In this document: positions 36,906 through 48,955 of the stretch, piece after piece
Layout of the letters: the number at the start of each line of letters is the position of its first letter
Numbering within the stretch: the first letter of the stretch is position 1
Source: Prorocentrum cordatum
Lineage: Eukaryota
Reading direction: 5' to 3'
Length of the DNA: 64,000 nt
NCBI GenBank assembly: GCA_963575745.1
Contig: CAUYUJ010000019.1
Location: forward strand, 1-64,000
Translations under genes and position numbers: made by a program
The notes under the pieces: generated by a model
What the model saw: the letters and a program-made list of their open reading frames with translations, nothing else
Database searches by the model: none
What the model was told of the DNA's origin: nothing

Positions 36906-38672
36906 TTTACGTGCAGGGCGTTGCCTCTGGTGAAGAAGTTTCGTCGATATCAATCGACTGTGCAGAGCCGCCTTTTATATGCAGCAGAGGCCATCACGAT
37001 TGACAGTGAGTGTGTGAGGGTTATCCATGCGTTCGAGGGTATGTGTCTTCTGAGAATGTCAGGGAGGAGGAAGCCAGGAGATGTGGGGTGGGAGGTTTGG
37101 CGGCCAGCTGCACTGACACGAGTCAGGACAATCTTCTGCGATGGGGGTTTCCCGTCGGCTGTGCAGATGCTGTGTTGGAAGAGCTGGGGCATGATGCGCT
37201 CCACGAGGCAATATTTACTATCCTTGGAGGAGGACAGGACGGCAAGGACGGAGGTTGAGGTGGAGGGATCAACGACTCAACGTGCTAAACGTGTCCGCTT
37301 TACGGATGGACGTGGGGAGGATGTACCTGCTGCGACTGTGATGGAGGTGGAGGGGAGGATTACGGACATGGAGAGGAGGCTGGAGGATCTCTGCTCGCAG
37401 GTCGCCTGTTCCATTGCCCGCTCACAGCCGATGCCCTGTGGGGAGGGAGCTGCCCACACTCTCAGAGACGAGCCGCTTGCCGTCTCAAAGGGGAGGAGGG
37501 CCTTTCGAGACTCCCGACGTGCGCTTATGATGTACAATGTTGGCTGGGTCACGGCTCGCGACACAATAACAGAGGTTCTACGACAACACGGCAACAGGGC
37601 CTTATCTAGTTCGGGCAAACGGCTTCGTGGAGGCCCTGTGTCTGTGGGCGGACGGTCTTGGCAGTTCCCATACATTCAGTTCTTTGGGGAAAAGTGGTGG
37701 GAGTCTGTACGGGGTGATTGGGTTCAATTCTTGGAGGTATGGAAGCAACTCCTTATACAATACAACAAATCTAAGGTCTATGATTACTTTGTGGTGTCTT
37801 GGAAGGGCTCTCCTAATGGACCTCGAGGCTCCCCTGAGGCTCGTGAGAAGGCCGATACCGAGATGGTCGATACCGCGACCAACCCTCTGCACCCCAAGTA
37901 TGACCCCAAAGAGTCCGACAAGCTTGCAATACGATATGCGATGATCCAGGAACGTGCGACTGTGTGGGACATATCGTCAGAGGGTTTTGCTGCTGAGTTC
38001 AAGGGTGACTCACTACTTATCTGCTCCTGGCTCCAGGGTAAATGGAGATGTGAGAATCGTGGCTACTGCAAGAGGACAGCTGCCATGATTGATTGTACCT
38101 TTGAGCTTGCTGCGTGTTTCAATCTGAGGCCTGCTGCCTTGGGACGTGAGATATGGAGACACGAATTCAGGGAGGACAATACACGAGCGGATGAATTGAC
38201 GCATGAGGCCAGATGTGGCCGCACATTCTACAGAACTCATTGTTATCTATATCCATTCGAAACTTATCTCGTACCGTTCGCTATCAGGGGAGGCTTTGAT
38301 GGCGGGGTTGACCAGCAAGGATCAGGATGTGGTTTCTGGCTTCAGATCGGCTTAATCAATACTCAGTGCAATCCCAGTGAGATAGGCATCGCTTCCGCGA
38401 GAACCGTGGGCCCCTTCCCTGCTGGGCATGAGTTTGCTGTTTCTAGTGCCGTGCCCCTCGTTTGGAGGGATGTGGCCGAGGCCGCGTGGCTCCTCGAAGG
38501 AGCTACAGTCACAGAATGTGAATTGTCGGCAGCCGAAGCGCTGCTTAGCGCTGCCCGTGTGCTTCTGCGGGACCGGTCCTCGCCCAGCTGCACTCAGCTG
38601 GGAACGCGAGTCCAAACAAACAAAACAAACCAGGTTGACGTTCACCGCCGGCGCCAGTTGCTGGAAGCATAA
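36906..38672 (+). CDS. LINE ORF2, C-terminal part (same frame after one TAG): RT thumb/connection + RNase H-like domain
   Basis: Same frame as 34422 (AQVQ*FTCRALPLVKKF). RNase H motifs KGDSLL, HEFREDNTRADEL, FDGG..GSGCG, TVTECELSAA. Probably one ORF broken by a nonsense mutation or base error. Confidence 0.8.
   Translation, partial: FTCRALPLVKKFRRYQSTVQSRLLYAAEAITIDSECVRVIHAFEGMCLLRMSGRRKPGDVGWEVWRPAALTRVRTIFCDGGFPSAVQMLCWKSWGMMRSTRQYLLSLEEDRTARTEVEVEGSTTQRAKRVRFTDGRGEDVPAATVMEVEGRITDMERRLEDLCSQVACSIARSQPMPCGEGAAHTLRDEPLAVSKGRRAFRDSRRALMMYNVGWVTARDTITEVLRQHGNRALSSSGKRLRGGPVSVGGRSWQFPYIQFFGEKWWESVRGDWVQFLEVWKQLLIQYNKSKVYDYFVVSWKGSPNGPRGSPEAREKADTEMVDTATNPLHPKYDPKESDKLAIRYAMIQERATVWDISSEGFAAEFKGDSLLICSWLQGKWRCENRGYCKRTAAMIDCTFELAACFNLRPAALGREIWRHEFREDNTRADELTHEARCGRTFYRTHCYLYPFETYLVPFAIRGGFDGGVDQQGSGCGFWLQIGLINTQCNPSEIGIASARTVGPFPAGHEFAVSSAVPLVWRDVAEAAWLLEGATVTECELSAAEALLSAARVLLRDRSSPSCTQLGTRVQTNKTNQVDVHRRRQLLEA
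38583..38628 (+). other. LINE 3' stem-loop and (CAAA)n tail
   Basis: Perfect 8-bp stem CCCAGCTG-cact-CAGCTGGG, followed 10 nt later by CAAACAAACAAAACAA. Confidence 0.7.
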
Positions 38673-41600
38673 GAGTACCTCGTAGAGCTCTTCGTCATCG
38701 ATGAGCTAGAGGAATTCCGGCGCGGGGTGGAGCTAGTTGGCCCAGCCGGCCGAGGCGGGCTGGAGAGCTAGTTGGCAAGAAAAATCTCGACGGAACTTTT
38801 GATGACTTTTGCTCGGTTGAAAATTTCGTTCTCGAAATTTGACAATTCGTTAGAGCTCTAGTATTTTTTCCCGTGATATTCGATCTTATTCCCGCTCTCC
38901 ATCTTGATCTCAGCTCGATCGGGTAACTTTGAAGGCCAAAAAGCACTCTGGCGGGAACGGCCGTTTCGAGTCATCTTGATACGCGCTGTCGGTTTTCTGA
39001 ACATAACTCGAGCTCTAGGGCAGCTACAGAGCTGGTAAGCACAGCTAATGCATGCAGAATGATCAGGCGCGTTCGCCTGTTGAACCCAGAGGTCTGAACT
39101 CGGTCTGTCAGCCGAGCTAGGTCCGCAAACCTGTTTGTATTATTCGAGTGAACTTGATACGCGTTTTCGGTATTTTCTACTTAACTCGAGCTGTAGGGCA
39201 GCTACAGTGCTGGTAAGCACTGCTATCGCTCTCAGAATAATCAGACGCGTTCGCCTATTGAATCCATAGGTCTAAACTCGGTCTGCTAGCCGAGCTAGGT
39301 CCGCAAACCTATTCGTATTATTCGAGTCAACTTGATACGCGTTGTCGGTATTTTCTACCGAAATCGAGCTGTAGGTCAGCTACAGTGCTGGTAAGCACAC
39401 CTGCCACACTCAGAATCATCAGGCGCGTTCGTCTGTTGAATCCAGAGCTCTGAATTCAGTCTGTTGCGCGATCCAGAATCACGAAACTGTTCGTATTCTT
39501 CCAGTCATCTTGAGAGCTATTGTCGGCGTTCTGCACTTAATTCGGACTGTAGGGAGGCTGCAGGGCGGGTAATCACAGGAATCGATTCGGAGACATCAGA
39601 CGCGTCCGTCTGTCGCATTCGGAGGTCTGAACTCGGTCTGATACTCGAGTTGCGCTGAAAAACTATTCGTTCTCTGCAATTTTTTCCGACAGTATATGTT
39701 GTCAGGAAGCTCTACGAGTCCCCCGGCGGTAACAAAGGTTGACGGTTTACCGCCGGCGCCCAGTTGGGGTGGTTTTGCGATTTTTTGAAAGATATTTGAC
39801 AATTCATTTTGAGAAAGCAGATTTTTACTCCGAGCATTGACATATAAACTTTGTTTCCTGAGCAGCTCAGCTCTCTAGAGCCATTTTTAGCACCAGTTCA
39901 CTTGGAGGAACCAACTTCATGTTGACTCCGAAAAATCTTAACTTGAAGTTTTTGTAGAAAAGCTCCCAGAAGCTCATGCTTTGGTGCTGAGCTTTCTCAC
40001 GGATACAAGGAGCTTCTCGGCGGTGACCAGGTTGACGGTTTACCGCCGGCGCCAGTAATTCCGGAGCGCTGGAGAGCTAGTTGGCAAGAAAACTCTCGAC
40101 GGACCTTTTGCTGACTTTGGGTCGGTTGAAAATTTTGTTCTCGAAATTTGAATATTCGTTAGAGCTCTAGTATTTTTTCCCGTGACATTCGATCTTATTC
40201 CCGCTCGCCATCTCGATCTGAGCTCAATCGGGTAACTTTGAAGGTCAAAAAGCGTCCCGGCGGGAACGGCCGTTTCGAGTCATCTTGATACGCGCTGTCG
40301 GTATTTCGTACTTAACTCGAGCTGTAGGGCAGCTACAGAGCTGGTAAGCACAGCTATCGCACTCAGAATTATAAGGCGCGTTCGCCTGTTGAATCCAGAG
40401 GTCTGAACTCGGTCTGCCAGCCGAGCTAGGTCCGCAAATCTATTCGTACTATTCGAGTCATCTTGATAGACACTCGGTTTTCTATACTTAACTCGAGCTT
40501 TAAGGCAGCTACAGTGCTGGTAAGCACACCTATCGCACTCAGAATCATCGCGCGCGTTCGCCTGGTCAAACGAGAGGTCTGAACTCGGTCTGCTAGCCGA
40601 GCTAGGTCCGCAAACCTATTCGTATTATTCGAGTCATCTTGATAGACGGTTTTCTGTATTCAACTCGAGCTGTAGGGCAGCTACAGGGTTTGTTGTGACA
40701 GACATATATGGGGAATCATGAGTCGCGTCCGTCTATGGAACCGAGAGCTCTGAACTCGGTCTGCTAGCCGAGCTAGGTTCGCGAAGCTGTTCGTATTGTC
40801 CGAATGATCTTGAGACGTGCTCTCAGTTTTCTGCACTTAACTCGTGCTGGGGGAGAGCTACAGTGCTGCAGGTCACATCTATCGATTTGCACACATCAGG
40901 CGCGTCTTTCGGTCGATTCCAGAGCTCGGAACTCGGTCTGCTGCTCGAACTAGGTTCGCAAAACTATTATATTATTCGAGTCGATACTGTCGCTTTTCTG
41001 CACTTAACTCGGGCTGTAGGGGGGGCCTTACGAGTAATTCGCTAGTTGGCTCGAAAAAAAAACTGAACCTTTTACAACTTTTGGTCGGTTGAAAATTTTG
41101 TTCTCGAAATTTCAACATTCGTTAGAGCTCTAGTATTTTTTCCCGTGATATTCGATTTTATTCCCGCTCGCATCTTGATTACAGCTCGATATGGTACCTT
41201 TTATTGTGAAAAAGCACACTGGCGGAATCAGCCGTTTCGAGTCGTCTTGATACACGACGTCGGTATTTTGTACTTAGCTCGAGCTGTAGGACAGCTACAG
41301 AGACTACAGTCACAGAAATCGATTAAGACTTATCGGGCGCGTTTGTCTGTCGTATCGATAGGTCTGAACTCGGTCTGCTAGCCGAGCTAGGCCCGCTCAT
41401 CGATTCGTATGATTCGCGCTGTCGGTATTTTCTACTTAACTCGAGCTGCAGGGCAGCTACAGTGCTGTTGAGCACGCCTATCGCGCACAGAATCGTCAGG
41501 CGCGTTCGCCTGTTGAATTTATAGGGCTGAACTCGGTCTGCTAGCCGAGCTAGGTCCGCAAACCTATTCGTATTATTCGAGTGAACTTGATACGCGTTTT

Positions 41601-43188
41601 CGGGATTTTCTACGAAACTCGAACTTTAGGGCAGCTACAGTGCTCGTAAGCACACCTATCGCACTTAGAATCATCAGGCGTGATCGCCTGTTGAATCAAT
41701 AGGTCTGAACTCGGTCTGCTAGCCGAGCTAGGTCCGCAACCCTATTCGTATTATTCGAGTCAACTCGATAAGCATGGTAGGTTTTTTTTTTGTACTTAAT
41801 TCGAGCTGCAGGGCAGCTACAGTGCTGTTAAGCACGCCTATCGCTTTCAGAATCATCAGGCGCGTTCGGCTCTTGACTCCAGCAGCTACAGAGCCTACAG
41901 TCACAGAAATCGATTGAGAATTATCGGGCGCGTTTGTCTGTTGTATCGAGAGTTCTCTCGGCCTGCTGCCCGATCTAGGTTCGCGAAACTATCCGTATTG
42001 TCCGAATCATCGTGACAAGTGCTCTCAATTTTCTGCACTCAACTCGTGCTGGGGGAGGGCTACAGTGATGCGGGTCATAGAAATCGATTTGAACACATCA
42101 GGCGCGTTCGTTGGTCGATTCGAGAGCTCAGAACTTGGTCTGCTGCTCGAAACAGGTCTGCGAGACTATTATATTATTCGAGTCATCCTGAGAGATGCTG
42201 TCTGTCGGTTTTCTGCACTTAACTCGGGCTGTAGGGGGGCTGCAGGGCTGGTAATCACATGGAATCACATGAGTGGATTCGCAGACATTAGACGCGCCCG
42301 TCTGTCGCATTCAGAGGTCTGAACTCGGCTTGATACTCGAACTGGGTTGCGAAACTGTTTGTTTTTTGTTAGCGTTATCTTGAGAGGTCTGACATCGCTT
42401 GGGCTTGAAAAATAGTCGTTCTTTGGAGTTTTTTCACTACAGTATATATTGTCAGGAAGCTCTACGAGTCCCCCGGCAGTAAGAAAGATTGACGGTTTAC
42501 CGCCGGCGCCCATTTGGGTGGTTTTGCAATTTTTGAAAGATATTTGACAATTCATTTTGACAAAGCAGATTTTCACTCCGAGCATTAAGATATAAACTTC
42601 GTTCCCTGAGCAGCTCAGCCCTCTAGAGTCATTTTCAGTACCAGTTCACTTGGAGGAACCGACTTCATGTTGACTCCGAAAAATCTCAACTTGAAGTTTT
42701 TGCAGAAAAGCTCCCAGAAGCTCATGCTTTGATGCTGAGCTTTCTCACGGATGCAAGGAGCTCTACGAGGTTCCCGGCGGTGACCAGATTGACGGTTCAC
42801 CGCCGGCGCCATCGATGAGCTAGAGGAATTCCGGCGCGGGGTGGAGCTAGTTGGTCGACCCGGCCACAAAGGACAAAGCGGTAACTTTTGGTCGGTTTTG
42901 CTGAGATTTGAAAGATATTTGACAATTCATTTCGAGAAAGCAGATTTTTACTTCGAGCATTGACATATAATCTTCGTTCCCTGAGCAGCTTAGCCCTCTA
43001 GAGGCATTTCCAGTACCAGTTGACTTGGAGCAGCCGACTTGATCTTCACTCCGAAAATTCTGAACTTGATTTTTTTTGTAGAAAAGCTCCCAGAAGCTCT
43101 CGCTTTGATACTGAGCATTCTCACGAATGCAAGGAGCTCTACGAGGTCCCCGGCGATGACCAGGTTGACGGTTCACCGCCGGCGCCAG

Positions 43189-43411
43189 TGAGGAGCACAC
43201 GCCCACCTCCGCGGTCCAGGATCCGCAGCGCCCTGCCGGAGGTTGCAGCGGGTCCGGGAACGTGGCTTCCTAGCGTTTCCCAACTTTGTCCCCGCAGCGC
43301 CCTGCCGGAGGTTGCAGCGGGTCCGGGAACGTGGCTTCCTAGCGTTTCCCAATACGCGTGACTCCAGGGTGCGCGAAACGCTTTGGCAGAGCTTCGGAAG
43401 AGCTCCGACAG
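43189..43411 (+). repeat. Family D fragment with an internal ~60-bp tandem duplication
   Basis: CCGCAGCGCCCTGCCGGAGGTTGCAGCGGGTCCGGGAACGTGGCTTCCTAGCGTTTCCCAA occurs twice. Inverse match to about 17930-18075. Confidence 0.7.
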
Positions 43412-43572
43412 TAACTCGTAGAGCTTCCCTTAGCAAGTTATTGCTGGAAGCTAAGAGTAATTCCGGGGCGCTGGAGAGCTAGTTGACAAGAAAAATCTCG
43501 ACGGACCTTTTGGTGACTTTTGGTCGGTTGAAAATTTGGTTCTCGAAATTCGACAATTCGTTTGAGCCCTAG

Positions 43573-43970
43573 TACCTCGTAGAGCTCTTCCTCATCGATG
43601 AGCTAGAGGAATTCCGGCGCGGGGTGAAGCTAGTTGGCCCACCCGGCCGAGGCGGACAATGTGGCAACTTCTGGGTGGTTTTGCGATTATTTGAAATATA
43701 TTTAACAATTCGTTTTGAAAAAGCAGATTTTTCGCACCTGTAAACGACTATGAGGGCCTCTCTGTCTTAGTATGAGCTCTGTAGGCGCACTTTTACTATC
43801 AAAACACTTGGAGGAAACATCTTCATGTCGACACGAAAAAAATCAATGTTTCTCTTTTCGAGAAATACTTCCAGAAGCTCTCTCTTTTGACTCCGAGCAC
43901 TCTTACGCGTAAAATGAGCTCTACGAGGTTCCCGGCGGTGACCAGGTTGACGGTTCACCGCCGGCGCCAG
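43573..43970 (+). mobile_element. Full-length family B element (398 bp)
   Basis: Both termini present. Same length as 15777-16174. Confidence 0.8.
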
Positions 43971-46900
43971 TAATTCCGGGGAGCTGGAGAGCTAGTTGGC
44001 AAGAAAAATCTCGACGGACCTTTTGCTGACTTTTGGTCGGTTGAAAATTTTGTTTTCGAAATTTGAACATTCGTTAGAGCTCTAGTATTTTTTCCAATGA
44101 TATTCGATCTTATTCCCGCTCGCCATCTTGATCTCAGCTCGATCGGGTAACTTTGAAGGCCAAAAAGCACACGGGCGGGAACGGCCGCTTCGAGTCATTT
44201 TGATACGCGCTGTCGGTTTTCTCAAGATGACTCGAGCTTCAGGACAACTACAGAGCTGGTCAGCACAGCTAATGCATTCAGAATGACCAGGCGCGTTCGC
44301 CTGTTGAATCCAGAGGTCTGAACTCGGTCTGCTAGCCGAGCTAGGGTCGCAAACCTATTCGTATTATTCGAGTCATTGTAGCAGACGCTCTCGGTTTTTC
44401 GTACTTAACTCGATCTGTAGGGCAGCCACAGAGCTGATAATCACAGAAATCGATTGAGAATTATCAGGCGCGTTCGTCTGTTGAATCAAGAGCTCTGAAC
44501 TCGGCCTGCTCCCCGAGCTAGGTTCGCGAACCTATTGGTATTGTTCGAGTCATCTTGAGAAGTGCTCTCGGTTTTCTGTACTTAAATCGTGCTGGGGGAG
44601 GGCTACAGTGCTGCTGGTCACAGGAATCGATTTCGAGACATCAGGTCGCGTCCGTTCGTCGAACCGAGAGCTCGGAACTCGGTCTGCTGCTCGAACGAGA
44701 TCCGCGAAACTGTTGTACTATTCGAGTCATCCTGAGAGGTACTCTCGGTTTTCTGCACTTAACTCAGGCTGTATGGGGGGCTGCAGAGCTGGTAATCACA
44801 GGAATCGATCCGCAGACATCAGACGCGTCCGCCTGTCGCATTCAGAGGTCTGAACTCGGTTTCATACTCGAGCTCGATTGGAAAACTGTTCGTTTGTTTT
44901 GTTAGAGTCATCTTGAGAGGTCTATAATCGCTTGGGCTGAAAAACTAGTCGTTCTCTGAAATTTTTTTCCACATTATATATTGTCAGGAAGCTCTACGAG
45001 TCCCCCGGCGGTAAGAAAGGTTGACGGTTTACCGCCGGCGCCCAGTTTCGCAGACCAGCGGACAGAGTAACTCGTAGAGCTTCCCTTAGCAAGTTATTGC
45101 TGGAAGCTTAAGGGTAATTCCGGAGAGCTGGAGAGCTAGTTGGCAAGAAAAATCTCGACGGACCTAACTCGTAGAGCTTCCCTTAGCAAGTTATTGCTGG
45201 AAGCTTAAGAGTAATTCCGGGGAGCTGGAGAGCTAGTTGGCAAGAAAAATCTCGACGGACCTTTTGCTGACTTTTGGTCGGTTGAAAATTTTGTTCTCGA
45301 AATTTGACCATTCGTTAGAGCTCTAGTATTTTTTCCCATGATATTCGATCTTATTCCCGCTCGCCATCTTGATCTCAGCTCGATCGGGTAACTTTGAAGG
45401 CCAAAAAGCACACGGCGGGAACGGCCGTTTCGAGTCATCTTGATACGCGCTGTCGGTTTTCTCAAGATAACTCGAGCTTCAGGACAACTACAGAGCTGGT
45501 CAGCACAGCTAATGCATTCAGAATGATCAGGCGCGTTCGCCTGTTGAATCCAGAGGTCTGAACTCGGTCTGCTAGCCGAGCTAGGGTCGCAAACCTATTC
45601 GTATTATTCGAGTCATTGTAGCAGACGCTCTCGGTTTTTCGTACTTAACTCGATCTGTAGGGCAGCCACAGAGCTGATAATCACAGAAATCGATTGAGAA
45701 TTATCAGGCGCGTTCGTCTGTTGAATCAAGAGCTCTGAACTCGGCCTGCTCCCCGAGCTAGGTTCGCGAACCTATTGGTATTGTTCGAGTCATCTTGAGA
45801 AGTGCTCTCGGTTTTCTGTACTTAGATCGTGCTGGGGGAGGGCTACAGTGCTGCTGGTCACAGGAATCGATTTCGAGACATCAGGTCGTCCGTTCGTCGA
45901 ACCGAGAGCTCGGAACTCGGTCTGCTGCTCAAACGAGATCCGCGAAACTGTTGTACTATTCGAGTCATCCTGAGAGGTACTCTCGGGTTTCTGCACTTAA
46001 CTCAGGCTGTATGGGGGGCTGCAGAGCTGATAATCACAGGAATCGATCCGCAGACATCAGACGCGTCCGCCTGTCGCATTCAGAGGTCTGAACTCGGTTT
46101 CATACTCGAGCTCGATTGTTCGTTTGTTTTGTTAGAGTCATCTTGAGAGGTCTATAATCGCTTGGGCTGAAAAACTACTCGTTCTCTGAATTTTTTTCCA
46201 CATTATATATTGTCAGGAAGCTCTACGAGTCCCCCGGCGGTAAGAAAGGTTGACGGTTTACCGCCGGCGCCCAGTTTTGCTGACTTTTGGTCGGTTGGAA
46301 ATTTTTTTCTCAAAATTTGAACATTCGTTACAGCTCTAGTATTTTTTCCCATGATATTCGATCTCATTTCCGCTCTCCATCTTGATCTCAGCTCGATCGG
46401 GTAACTTTGAAGGCCAAAAAGCACACGGGCGGGAACGGCCGTTTCGAGTCAACTTGATACGCCCTGTCGGTTTTCTCAGATAACTCGTGCTTCAGAACAA
46501 CTACAGAGCTGGTCTGCACAGCTAATGCATTCAGAATGATCAGGCGCGTTCGCCTGTTGAATCCAGAGGTCTGAACTCGGTCTGGTAGCCGAGCTAGGGT
46601 CGCAAACCTATTCGTATTATTCGAGTCATTGTAGCAGACGCTCTCGGTTTTCGTACTTTACTCGACCTGTTCGGCAGCCACAGAGCTGATAATCACAGAA
46701 ATCGATTGAGAATTATCAGACGCGTTCGTCTGTTGAATGAAGAGCTCTGAACTCGGCCTGCTCCCCGAGCTAGGTTCGCGAACCTATTGGTATTGTTCGA
46801 GTCATCTTGAGAATTGCTCTCGGTTTTCTGTAGTTAAATCGTGTTGGGGGAGGGCTACAGTGCTGCTGGTCACAGGAATCGATTTCGAGACATCAGGCGC

Positions 46901-47388
46901 GTCCGTTCGTCGAACCGAGAGCTCGGAACTCGGTCTGTTGACGAGATCTGCGAACCTGTTGTATTATTCGAGTCATCCTGAGAGGTACTCTCGGTTTTCT
47001 GCACTTAACTCAGGCTGTATGTGGGGCTGCAGAGCTGGTAATCACAGCAATCGATCCGCAGACATCAGCCGCGTCCGCCTGTCGCAATCAGAGGTCTTAA
47101 CTCGGTTTCATACTCGAGCTCGATTGGAAAACTGTTCGTTTGTTTTGTTAGAGTCATCTTGAGAGGTCTATAATCGCTTGGGCTGAAACACTAGTCGTTC
47201 TCTGAAATTCTTTTCCACATTATAGATTGTCAGGAAGCTCTACGAGTCCCCCGGCGGTAAGAAAGGTTGACGGTTTACCGCCGGCGCCCAGTACCTCGTA
47301 GAGCTCTTCGGCATCGATGAGCTAGAGGAATTCCGGCGCGGGGTGGAGCTAGTTGGCCGACCCGGCCGGGGCGGACAAAGTGGCAACT

Positions 47389-48451
47389 TAACTCGTAGAG
47401 CTTCCCTTAGCTAGTTATAGCTGGAAGCTAAGAGTAATTCCGGCGCGCTGGAGAGCTAGTTGGCAAGAAAAATCTCGACGGAACTTTTGGTGACTTTTGC
47501 TCGGTTGAAAATTTCGTTCTCGAAATTTGAACATTCGTTAGAGCTCTAGTATTTTTTCCCGTGATATTCGATCTTATTCCCGCTCGCCATCTTGATCTCA
47601 GCTCGATCGGGTAACTTTGAAGGCCAAAAAGCACTCTGGCGGGAACGCCCGTTTCGAGTCATCTTGATACGCGCTGTCGGTTTTCTGAACATAACTCGAG
47701 CTCTAGGGCAGCTACAGAGCTGGTAAGCACAGCTAATGCATGCAGAATGATCAGGCGCGTTCGCCTGTTGAACCCAGAGGTCTGAACTCGGTCTGTCAGC
47801 CGAGCTAGGTCCGCAAACCTGTTTGTATTATTCGAGTCAACTTGATACGCGTTGTCGGTATTTTCTACTTAACTCGAGCTGTAGGGCAGCTACAGTGCTG
47901 GTAAGCACTCGTATCGCACTCAGAATGATCAGGCGCGTTCGCCTGTTGAATCCATAGGTCTAAACTCGGTCTGCTAGCCGAGCTAGGTCCGCAAACCTAT
48001 TCGTATTATTCGAGTCCACTTGATACGCGTTGTCGGTATTTTCTACTTAACTCGAGCTGTAGGGCAGCTACAGTGCTGGTAAGCACACCTATCGCACTCA
48101 GAATCATCAGGCGCGTTCGCCTGTTGAATCCAGAGCTCTGAACTCAGTCTGTTGCGCGATCCAGAATCACGAAACTGTTCGCATTCTTCCAGTCATCTTG
48201 AGAGCTACTGTCGGCGTTCTGCACTTAATTCGGGCTGTAGGGAGGCTGCAGGGCGGGTAATCACAGGAATCGATTCGGAGACATCAGACGCGTCCGTCTG
48301 TCGCATTCAGAGGTCTGAACTCGGTCTGATACTCGAGTTGGGCTCAAAAACTATTCGTTCTCTGCAATTTTTTCCGACAGTATATGTTGTCAGGAAGCTC
48401 TACGAGTCCCCCAGCGGTAACAAAGGTTGACGGTTTACCGCCGGCGCCCAG
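47389..48451 (+). mobile_element. Full-length family A element (1063 bp) nested in family B element 47292-48738
   Basis: Host GTGGCAACT^TCTGGGTGG is split at T^T with no TSD (intact in the B copy at about 43660). Confidence 0.85.
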
Positions 48452-48738
48452 TCTGGGTGGTTTTGCGAATTTTTGAAAGATATTTGACAATTCAGATTTT
48501 TCGCACCTGTAAACGAATATGAGAGGCTCTCTGTCTTAATATGAGCTCGCTAGGTGCACTTTTACTATCAAACCACTTGGCGCAACCATCTTCGTATCGA
48601 CATGAAAAAAATCATGTTTTCTCTTTTTCGAGATGCTTCCAGAAGCCCTCTCGTTTGATGCTGAGCACTCCTACGCGTGCTAGGAGCTCTGCGAGGTTCC
48701 CGGCGGTGACCAGGTTGACGGTTCACCGCCGGCGCCAG

Positions 48739-48955
48739 TTCGGAGCTCTGGATTCGAGGCGGACGCGCCCCATGTCTTCAAATCGATGTCTGTGACCACC
48801 AGCACTGTAGCTCCCCTTCAGTGTGAGTTCAGTGAGGTCGGGTTGAGAGCTCTGAACTCGACAGACGGACGTAACTGGTGATTCTTAATCGGTTCCTGTA
48901 AACAGCAGCTCTGTAGCTGTCCTACAGCTCGAGTTAAGTATAGAAAAACAAGAGT
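48739..48955 (-). repeat. Inverted fragments of the 178-bp monomer
   Basis: CAGCTCTGTAGCTGTCCTACAGCTCGAGTTAAGTA and CAGCACTGTAGC are reverse complements of monomer motifs. Confidence 0.75.

Larger units (their letters stand above)
32616..38628 (+). mobile_element. Full-length non-LTR retrotransposon (LINE: ORF1 + APE-RT-RNase H)
   Basis: Interrupts the host hairpin GAGCTCTACGAGGTTCC^...^ACCAGGTTGAC. Has a 5' UTR, ORF1, ORF2 with APE/RT/RNase H motifs and a (CAAA)n tail at 38613-38628. Confidence 0.92.

Noticed and set aside
36900..36911. Programmed readthrough at the TAG inside ORF2
   Set aside because: It lies within the RT C-terminal region. The context TAG-TTT lacks CARYYA and no clear downstream hairpin was seen. 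A nonsense mutation or base error is simpler.
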